DNA of 64,000 bases from the NCBI GenBank assembly GCA_964106915.2, contig OZ066914.1, one strand, 5' to 3'. Made by a program: the position numbers and the translations under genes. Of the stretch, positions 26,568 through 37,200 are shown in pieces; the first letter of the stretch is position 1, and the number at the start of each line of letters is the position of its first letter. The stretch comes from Podarcis gaigeae (Eukaryota). A model generated the notes under the pieces. That model was not told the DNA's origin and searched no databases. It saw only the letters and a program-made list of their open reading frames with translations.

Positions 26568-26937
26568 TTTTGTTGTTGTTTTTTGCTTCATTAACAATCT
26601 CTTATATGACACATTTCATATAGCATATCTTTTATAACATATACATATACATATATATTGTACATCTTCTTGAGTAAACATATATATAATCCGTGTAAGC
26701 AAAAACCATATACAAGTATTTTGTTTACTTACATAAATTAAATTGATTTGTATTTTTACTATCTTTTGTTGTCATATCTATTTATTAACATGAATTAAAG
26801 AAAGAAAAAAATCAGAAAAAAAGAAAAAGGTGTAGTTGGACCTCCTATCATAGCCATATTCTATAATGAATATATCTATCATTATTGAGTTATTCTTTAT
26901 ATTCCTTCTACATTCTTAGAACAGTTGGTACCTTTTG
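26568..26937 (-). mobile_element. AT-rich retroposed 3' fragment (L1/Tx1-like) with 18-bp TSD
   Basis: Direct repeat TCGCTAAGTCACATTATG at 26550-26567 and 26938-26955; insert begins with a T-rich tract (antisense A-rich tail). Confidence 0.7.
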
Positions 26938-27392
26938 TCGCTAAGTCACATTATGAGTCCCATGAGGAGAGGGTGCATCCGGGGCTGCCTTGCAAGTTGC
27001 TGCTTGGGCGATCACTCGTAGCCAAGTAAGGTTGTCTTCCATAAACACAGTTTTAACAATGAGTCCGTAAGTGACTGTGGAGGCCAATTCTGGACCCACA
27101 CATCCTTCCACAGTGGGGACATTGGTTTCCGGGCGGGAGTTGATCACGGTGTGGATTTGCCAAGCGTGCCTTCCTCTTAGCACGTTTCTCCCTTGTGTCC
27201 TGAGTTCGAGTATCTTCAAAGCTCCTGACACCTTTGGTAAAGGCTGTTCTTCAATTGGAGCGCCCGCAGGCAAGTGTTTCCCAATTGTTGGTGTTTATAC
27301 TACATTGTAAAATATTTCTCTTATGACAGCCTTTAAACCTCTTTTGTTGACCACCAGCATTACGCTTTCCATTTTTAAGTTCGGATTAGAGT

Positions 27393-27571
27393 CATAGCTG
27401 TCAACCTTTCCTTTTTTTTGCGGGAAATTCCCTTATTTCAGAGCCGTTTCCCGCTGCTATCCCGGATTGTTAGATATCCCGCAGACTGTCCCCGGGACAG
27501 GTGAGGCTGCCGATCCCTTATTTTCGAGGCTGTTGATCCCTTATTTTCAAATCTGAACGTTGACAGCTATG
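27393..27571. mobile_element. hAT (Tip100-like) MITE abutting the FNBP4 CpG island
   Basis: TIRs CATAGCTGTCAAC / GTTGACAGCTATG; perfect 8-bp TSD ATTAGAGT (27385-27392, 27572-27579). Confidence 0.92.
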
Positions 27572-27579
27572 ATTAGAGT

Positions 27580-28270
27580 AGTTGCTTTGGAAGAAGGATG
27601 CGCTAAGAAATGTCTCAGCGGCGAGCGCCGTCCGCGCGTTCGCGCGCCTGCCCTCGCTCCGGGCCCTTGTCAGGGAAACCGGCGCAGGCCCCGCCCCGGC
27701 ATCCCGACACCCTTTGCGCCCCGCCCCACCCTCGGCGGACAGGCAGGCCCAGGCGCCGCTCGCTTGTCTCCGCCTCGTCCGGCCTCTTCCCTCTGCCTTC
27801 TCCGGCGGCGTCTCCTTCGCGCGGGCGGAGTGAGGCTCGGAGCAGCTCCCATGGGGAAGAAGTCGCGGGCGGCGCCAGCGGGGCGCAGGCCTATCCTCCA
27901 GCTGTCGCCGCCTGGGCCTCGCGGAGGCCGGGAAGAAGCGGCACCGGGCGAGGGGGACTCGGCGTCGGAAGCGGGTGAGGGCGCAGGCAGGCAGGCCGCG
28001 CGGCCTAGGCGCTTGGCGGGGGGCTTCGTGTCCCTTCGGGGCTTCCGCTGAAAGAGATACCTGGTCTTGTGACGCTCAATGGGGCGCTTCCCCACCGCGA
28101 GAGCACAGGGGTTTTTTGTGGGGGGCGTTTAAGGGTTTGTTTATAAGGCCGCCTCTCAGCCCCCCTCCCACCTCCGGCGCCTTCGCCGCAGTAGTTTGGT
28201 CCCTGTGGTTGATCGTGTCACCCGGGTGTGTCCGGCTTCTGGCCCCGTTCCTTGCACTGGCGCATCGTTT
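27580..28270 (+). promoter_or_regulatory. CpG island promoter / first exon of FNBP4
   Basis: Sharp GC/CpG enrichment, GC boxes (CCCCGCCCC), spans the ATG at 27851. Confidence 0.88.
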
Positions 28271-31200
28271 CCACTATGTCAACACCATTATCCTAGTCCT
28301 CGTTGTTATCTTACGAGGTTCCCAAGGGCTCTTTCAAATTCATAATCTCGGTCGCCCTTCCCACTACTGGATGACCTGGGCCGTTGCTTTTGCCCATTTT
28401 GCAGACGGGAAGCCTGAGGCTGGGAGATCCTAACTTCTTCCAGGCCTCCTAGTCAGTTTGCCTGGGTTTGTTGGTACTCGCTGTGCTTCCTCACAGCCCG
28501 CCCCCCTTTCCCGGACTCTTGTTCTTCGATATGTTTAGCTTAATTCTATTGTCCCTTTAATCTAGTTAGCAAAAGCAGTGTAAAGAAATAAAGCTGAAAT
28601 CCTGTGCGGGCTTACTTGGGAGTTAGCATCATTGAGCACAATGGAATTAAATTTCCAGGTAAATTCCAATAGGATTGTGCTGCCTTTCTAGTCATGACCC
28701 TCTCATTCTCCAAGGTGGTGATTGCTCTATTCTGTACACAAAATAGACGTATAGATGCTTCCTTTTTTTCTCTTGATCCAACCTGTGCCTGTGGGATTAG
28801 CCTACCGAACAGGAGACACAATGTTTCTGAGTTCCTGTTCAGTCTCTTGTTCTACCTAGACTACTTGGTTCCTGTGCAACTTTAGCTTGGGCTGATGCTG
28901 CCATTTCAATAGGGATTAGTGTAGTGCTCTTGTGCATATTCGTATAGCAGGTATATTGTGAGGAGTATTGGTGTATGATGGAGGAGGATGCTGACTCCAT
29001 GTTACTCTACGACATTAGTGGGGAATCTTTGTTCCACAGGCTCAGTTAGGCCCACCAGATCCTTTCAGCCAAGCCACCCACCTGCCCTACATCTGCTGTC
29101 TATTACAGACAAGAGCTTGGATTAAAGGAGCTTTTTCTATGATATTCCTTGCAGAGGGCTGCCCAAGCACTGGCTATCAATGGATTGTCAGAGCTTGGGA
29201 AATTCTGTGCACAGGTTGTATACAATCAGCTGTCACGCATAGTGCTCCACAAGACTCAGTGATCAGCTAATCATCACTAAACCATGTAGGCAAAAATGGG
29301 TCATCTGATGTAATTGTGATGCCTGGTGATTGATAGGTAGACAGCCCCACCCACCTGTCAAACTTGGCCTGTGGGGTGGGTAGGAGAGAGAATGATCTGG
29401 ACAGGTGACTGGATGCATTTTCTATTTGTGCTCTCCAGCAATCCTAGTACCAGTACTGTGTAGTATAGTATAGTTCATATTATGTACATCCCCTTATTCT
29501 TGGGTGTTCTCATTTTTATTTATGTAATATATATTGTATTTATATCTTGCCAGCTTCCCAGGTGGCATTCCAGCCAAGCACTAACCAGACCCAGATGTGC
29601 TTTAGTATGTTCCCTGTAGCTTCAGAATATGGATGTTGTAGGCATGTATAGAAACATCAGTGTATAATTAAATCTGCATCTTTTAGCTTATTTATTTATT
29701 TGTTAAAATTTCCATTGTTATGCACCCCATTGTTATTTAGACTGCAAGCTCTATTTGTTTCTGTTGGGGGTGTTGTTTTGTAAAGCACAATGTACACTGA
29801 TTTGTGCGTGCATGTACACATTTATAAGTTTTCTTACCAACCCGTCACTAGAAACACCCATGGGTGGTTACAACAATATAATCATATAGTTATTAATACC
29901 AAGTAAAATGTTTATGGTTATAAAACATAGAACAGGAAACCCAACCAAAACAGTTTAGATTCACCATAAGAGGAGAGTGCCGCAAAACAATATACCTTTA
30001 CTGTCAAAGCCTAGGTCACTGCCTCTCATTGGTTTTCCTGAGGTGGGAATTCCAAATGATTGTGTTGAGCTGAAAAGGCCTTGTAAATTCTTGCTGATTT
30101 ATTTGCGGTAGCCTTTCTCTGATACTGATTTATTTATCAATCTGTAAGGGTATTGCCAGCCTAGCAGTTCGAAAGCATGTCAAAGTGCAAGTAGATAAAT
30201 AGGTACTGCTCCGGCGGGAAGGTAAACGGTGTTTCCGTGTGCTGCCCTGGTTCGCCAGAAGTGGCTTGGTCATACTAGCACATGACCCGGAAGCTGTACG
30301 CCGGCTCCCTCAGCCAATAAAGCGAGATGAGCACCGCAACCCCAGAGTCGGTCACGACTGGACCTAATGGTCAGGGGTCCCTTTACTTTACCTTTTTTTA
30401 AGGGTATTTATAAACTAGTAACTCATAAGAAAAATGTCAAGTTGATTGTGTTACAGGCTATTCCCAGCTAATGGGGTCCAAGAGGAAGGACGTGCTGTTT
30501 TGTAGGGTGATGGTAAAGAGATGGATTAGAGATGAATAGAATCAGATGAGTGATTTTGTGCTGTAGTAGCACATTTAAGGTCAGGCACAATAATTAAAAC
30601 ACTGTGTGGAATTTGTCTCTTCTCACTTGCAACAGCACAGGAATTACCCAGGTGGAAGGTCTTAACACTCAGGCAACCACATTCTACATAGCGTTCAGTA
30701 ACAATGATTACTCTAACTGAGGGCAAAGATTGTGCTTTCCCACAACAAAGTGTTATGACGCAAGTGCTATGAAAATCAGAGAAGGTGACTAGATGTCATG
30801 CAGCTGTTTATATATTGCACAGTAAAATGAATCTTCTGGCAAGATGCTAAGAAATTATTAGAATGGTGTAAAGAGGCCTTTACCAAAAATGATGTTATGA
30901 TTGTAATTGGCCAAAACTGAAGATATAGTTAGTTTTGCTTTTTCTAGCAGCACGCTGCTGTCTCTAAAACTGATTAAAAACAATAAAAAGCTAATTAGCA
31001 TAGGGGCTTGTGTCCTAAATAAAGAGTTTCCCTATATCTATATCTCATTCCAGTGTGTCTTAAGTATTTTTTCCCCTATCCCCTGGGATTGCTAGTTAAA
31101 TATGTATGCTAATTAAATTATATAACGTTTTACTCTCTTTAAATGTTGCTTTTGTTCTTGTTATGGTAGAAGTTTTGCTATTTCCTCAAATTATGGCAAA

Positions 31201-34200
31201 TTCTAATGATGTATTTATGTCATATGTTTCTGCTGTAGAACTGAATTTCTGAACTTGTGTTACCTTTGTTTTAGTTTATGTAATTTTGTATTTGATGCTT
31301 ATTTTATCAATTTAATGCTGTTAGCCACTTTTAGGGGTTTGTTTTGAATTGAAAAATACAAGTGGAGACCCACAGCAACTAGTGTAATGCTTTATTCAGT
31401 TCAATAAACAAATTGCTGGTTTAAAGCTTTGTTGGGGGGAACTTTAATTGCTGGACCTGTGAGTTAAAAGTAGGTGTTCATTTTTGGAGCTTTTTTAATT
31501 CACAAATGTTATAGTAATAGAAAATTAAAAATAAAGTGTTAAGGATGGCCTTTCTAAGAATGGTTGTATTCAGGTGATCATATCTTAATTTAGTGAGCTG
31601 AGATATGAAGAGAGCTTTTGCCTACTCATGTGACCCTTTTTCTCCTCTCTTCATGGTATGAGCAAACCAAGAGGGCATCAACTATAGTTTCCAGTTTCAT
31701 CTGTTTCTTTGCATTTGATTTTTCCAGACGAATTTGAAGTGACTGAAGAGGCTCCAAGGACAGCCCCAAACCCGCCTCAAGCTAGCATGCCTCTTGGGCC
31801 TGTAGCTGTCAAACCAACAGGTACCACCTTTCTCAATTTCCCTTTTAGTACTAACTTAATCTGCAGTTGCAAACGTCAAGTTATTGGTATACAGTGGATA
31901 TGTACCAATCTTAAGAACAATGTGAAAGCAACAAACAAATCCTTGTGAGAGAAGGATGCTGTCATGGACTGGCTGGATGCAGAGGAGTAGTCAGAGGCAC
32001 CAGCTGGGGAACCCCCAAGGGAAGAAGGCCCAGAGCCTTCTTGGTGGTGGGACGATGATGAGTGGTCCGAGTGAGAAGAGGGAGCAGACTGAGAGGAGGA
32101 GGTGTCAGAAGATGAAGAGGCAGCAGGGTTTAGTGAGCAAGAAGAGGCTGTGGCAGAGCGCAGTTCAGACTCAGATAGAAGAGGAGGGGGACCAGGAGAT
32201 AGAGATGAGGCAGGCTGCTGAAGAATGCAGGCAGTTTCCCCCACCTGCTGTAAGTAGCTCCCTTGCCCCTTGGTCTCCCAGAACATGCAGAGAAATTAAG
32301 AGAGCAGAGCAACGAGAGACAAGATGATGAAGCTTTAGGCTGCTGGGGAAGGAAGGGTGGGGGAAACCTTAGAGAGCGGTGGGAAGACAGATCCTCAATC
32401 CTTGGAACTGCTTCATTGGGGCAAGACCTACTGGGAAGGATAGCTGTGGCCACCAGGACTGAATTGTTTTGTTTCTTTGAATAGAGTTGACTTCACTGAC
32501 ATCATTTGCTATATTCACTCACATCATTTGCTGTATTGTTTTATTGTTGACCTCTGCCTGACTCCAGCTCCTGACAGATGCCTTTAGTGTTGTTTATTAA
32601 CAGACGTTTTGTCTTGTGTTTTACCGTAGAAATATCAGGGGTACTTTACTGTGGCTTGTTGCTCATTTTTAGAGGGGGCTGATTGGATTTAGAGATTATA
32701 GAAGGTTGTAAACATTAAGAATTTTGGTCTTAATGTCATCTTTAATATGAAAAAAAAACACCTCAGTCTATTTATGTTTGACTGAACTCGTCATTTCAGG
32801 ACTATGGGACTACTGCCTACTTTTTCAGATTTTTCCATGCAACCATTCCTTGAAAATTAGGGCAGATGAGCTGTTTATTCTTACAGGAAAAACCTGGAAA
32901 GCATCTTTCCAGTGTTTATTTCACATACTAGTGATAAAGCAAAGACAACAGGACTGTCTTTTGTGGATAAAAAAAGAATTTTGACATTAGTGCAAGGCAC
33001 TCTGATGTCGCTGACATAATTTATTCTGTGCAGTGAGGTGAGGCTTGGGAAAGCAACATTAGTGCCAGTGTCTGGAAGACTGGTTGTATCCAACGTTGCT
33101 GTTTCAGTAGCACAGCTGACTTCCACTTGCACAATGAAACTTTCTCCTCCTATCCCCTGCACCCCCCTGGACATCCTCAAAAACTGGAGGACTCTCTGGA
33201 GCAAATTTTCAGGGCTTCTTGGCCTTTTGGCTAAGATCAAGTGTAGCTTATCTCAGTTATGGTCAACATTGACTTTCTGTTCTAGGTGGCTTATGTTTAC
33301 TTGGCGCTTATGAAGACAGTGATGAAGAAGACAGTGAGATGTCTGAGAAACCAGTGCAGTCTACAGATGCAAATGGCAATAATTCAACAGACATTGACAG
33401 TACCCTTGCCAACTTCCTAGCGGTTAGTAGGAATTGTGTTTTGGTTCATTAAATAATTAATCCTGTTGCTTCAACTTGGGTAGAACATACAGATATTCAC
33501 AGCAATACATAACAGTTTCTATGAAAAGGTGTACAACCTTAGACTGATGGATAGATGTTTTAAATCTTTGATGTATGGGTTGAGCAATTTCTCTTTCTTC
33601 GTTATTACCAAATATTTAAATGCTCTTAATCTTTTGAGTCAAATGATGTCCTGTTTTATCTTACTTGTATTTTTAAAGGAAATAGATGCAATTACAGCAC
33701 CTTCACAGCCTGCTGAGAACACTGTTCCCTCCACTGCTCCACCTCCAACTCCTCCACGCCCAGAACCCAAGGAGTCTGCTTCCAGTCTAGTTTTGGCAAC
33801 TGCAAATGGAACAGACCAGGTGGCTGAGTGGCAATATGACACTCAGTGCTCCCTGTCAGGAGGTGAGCTCCATGTAATAGCTTGTGCTACTACACAAGCT
33901 TGTATACTAGAGGCATTGCAAGGGTTGATAACCCATGAATTACCATGTCTTTTCTAACTGAAAGCAATTTGGTTGTGGTGTGAAGATGAAAGTTGGGAGC
34001 CTTTTTTGGCTAATCTGCCGAGGTCTGTGACTTCAAAGGATTATTAAAGGCAGCTGATGAATGTTGGGTGGAATAACAATTGAGAATGATGAGAGAGGAT
34101 ATAATTGCAATCTTCTCTAGGTATATAGAGCAAATCTGAGGATACTCAGATTGGAGAGGATGCTCACTGAAGTCTTGCTTTCTTCCTATAGTTGGAGTGG

Positions 34201-37200
34201 AGATGGGGGACTGGCAAGAAGTTTGGGATGAAAACACAGGCTGCTATTATTACTGGAATACTCAGACTAATGAGGTTACCTGGGAGCTGCCCCAATACCT
34301 TGCAACACAAGTTCAGGGCATCCAGCATTACCAGCCCAGGTAAGAATGGCACAGAAGAGGAGAGTGAATTGGTACTTTTTTAGTTTCCCTTGCTGAATTT
34401 GCTTTTCTCTTAGTTCTGTGACAGATGCTGAAGAAAACTGCCAAGTGGTTGCAGACCTAAGCTCCCAGGGAAAAGGTGGTGGTGCTACAGCTGCCAGCAG
34501 TGCTGGACGTAGGGCAACTCTTGTGAAGCGAGAATTGAAGAAGGTTAGTATTTGCCTGACTGGCTTAAAATAGTTGTTTTTTAATGGAAATTTAAGAGAA
34601 GAAAAAACAGCAACCCCACTTTTCTCTATTATATTTGTTTTGCACTGTGTAGGCATCTGATTTATTTTTCCAGATGGCAAGAATGAACTGCATGCACTTT
34701 AGAGCAAGAACTCCCGTGCAGAGCATGTTCACCGCATAAGTCATATTATCAGGGTTTTATAAATAAATTATAGACATATCTGTCTTGTTGCATATGGATA
34801 ATTCAAGAGAGTCATAAAAGGATGGGAGGGATTGGATAGCTCAGTGGAAGAGCACAGCGTTTACATGTATAAGTTCCTCGATTAGTTTCTGGCATTTCTG
34901 TTTAAAAGGATTTCAATTACTAAGTCTGGAAAATAGGACTTTTATGCTCTGAGCAATTTTCATCATTTTGTTGGAAGCCCTGATTCCAGGGCCTTTGTTA
35001 AATGCTGGGCGCACACACTAGCAAACTTTGCAGAATGAGAACTAGAAACTTGTTTTTCTTTAAGTAGGTTATTCATGTTCTCTGTGACTGATTGCAGGAA
35101 GCTAATGATTTGGTGCAAAATCATATTGCCTTCACAGGAAGTGAATGAAGGTATTCAGGCCCTTTCAAGTAATGAAGAAGAGAAAAAGGGAGTGGCTGCA
35201 TCACTGCTGGCTCCACTACTTCCTGAGGTGGTGAAGGAGGAAGAGGAGCGCTGGAGGCGGAAGGTTATCTGTAAGGAGGAGGTGGATCCATTGGTGGAAG
35301 ATGATGTGGCACCAGAGCAAGTAGCAACTGTTGCTGATCAGCAGCTGGAAGGCAGCCGAGATATTGGGGAAGACCCTTCTCAGGAGGACCTGTGTAGTGT
35401 GGTGCAATCAGGGGAGAGTGCAGAGGAGGAAGAGGAGCAGGATACTCTTGAGCTAGAGATGGTATTGGAGAGGAAGAAGGTAAGTCATTTGCAGTGAAGT
35501 TGTGGGAACTTTTCTATGAGCCATTTGTCTCTCTCTGCTGTCTATTTGATAAATGGTCCACCACTGAAACTTCACTGAGGGTTATGCATGATTTTTTTAA
35601 ACAAATCACTGAATTGATGCAGAAATTTTGAGAACAGCAGAGGGCAAGTCAAGTTGTTTCCTTCATTCCTCGTTATGTTGCAAACAACAGTCATTAGCTG
35701 TCTCAAGGGGGTGTTGCTTTTTCTAGTCACAAAGTACTGTACTGTGGTTTGAGTAGTGTAACTCTTTGAGAAGACTTTTTTAAATATTGTGTCCCTTCCC
35801 CCCTTTCCAAGGTTGTGGCTGGCCTGCCATTGGTCTTTAATTTTGATTGATCAATTTCAGTTATATACCACCTTTCTGCCAAAGTATTCAAAGAGGTTTA
35901 TAGCTTTAAAATACTTAAACAAATGAATTATATAAAATGTAAAGTTGGTCCTGTTGTGGAGAGTGCACAGCTCAACTTGAGTAGGCCCTGATCCTATCTT
36001 TGCTTGCCTGCCTCCTCAACTTGATTCTTCCTTTTCAATATATGACGGTTTAAGAAGGGTGCACAAGTAGCAATCCTGCATCTGAAACCTCTTAAAACTA
36101 TACAAGCAGCCTGAGTTTGTCTCTAATCAGGTGCAGGCGGAACCTTCGCATTTAACAGGATAACTTCATGGAAAAGATAAATGTCTTATTTTTCTGCAGT
36201 GTTGAAGCCTACTGCCTCTGAAGTAATCTCTGTCCAGAGAAGCTGTACTAGGGGAGAATGGACATGTAGACAAATGTAGAGGAATAGGAAGAGAAACAAA
36301 TAAGTTGTTCCCCAGCACTGAAGTAATGTTTTGCCTTATAGGCAGAGCTACGTGCTTTAGAAGAAGGTGATGGGAGTATTTCGGGTTCCAGTCCACTTTC
36401 TGATGGAAGTCAGTCAGAGTTAGCACGACGGTTGCTACCCAAGCAAGGAAAATGGAAGCTCTTTGGGGTTGCCAGCCCAGAATCCACCAGCCGAGGGTCT
36501 AGCAAGACAGGTCAAGAGAGTCCTGAACCTGGACAAGCAGGTAAGAGTCTCCTGCTTAGGATCCTTTTTGGTTCTTCAGTTATATCTAGTGCTACTAAGG
36601 AGGGAAACTATTGGTGGAATTTAGCATTGCACTATTATGAACATTCTGTCTGTGCAACCATTTCAGCATATCAGATGGAACAATCCCTCCTCTCCTCCCC
36701 CTGTGTGCTGTTTGGCACGTTCTCCAGACCTCCACCCCTGAGCCAATTTGAAAGGACAGGGGACGGGGGGAAACTTCTGCTGATGGGCTCCTTAGGTGAA
36801 TCTCACCCTTAAGTTTTTAAAGTGGGTATTAGGTGTGTCTCCCCAAGATTGAGGTAGGAAGATACTGGTCACGCCAATAATTCCAATCCAGTGTCTGAAA
36901 TGGTCTCTTGTGTTAAAGAAAAACATAATACAACATAGTAGGTTGAAAAGGCAGGATTCTCCTCCCCACCCTTCCCCTAGTAAGTTGCCTATCATTCTTC
37001 TTACCTATGCCAGTCCATTGTAAAAGGGAAGATATACTGGGCACTAAATGGGGAATGACTTACAAACACTCCCCACCCCCTCTTGTTTTCTGTTCAGCGG
37101 TGAAAGAAGAACCAGAAGTGGCTGAGCAGAACTCGGACAATGAGCCAGACACAGAGGAATTGCAAGACAAAGTGAAAACACAAGGGACTTTCAAAGCAGA

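Noticed and set aside
27560-28433. Several overlapping long ORFs on both strands
   Set aside because: Stop-poor GC-rich CpG island; only 27851-27974 is FNBP4 coding.
34340-34413. Very short 74-nt FNBP4 intron directly after WW1 with an immediate in-frame TAA
   Set aside because: Strong canonical splice sites, and other introns of 81-120 nt occur in this window, so nothing points to regulation.
34824-34900. tRNA-like sequence (also 48037-48110)
   Set aside because: No intact cloverleaf; these are SINE heads, not tRNA genes.
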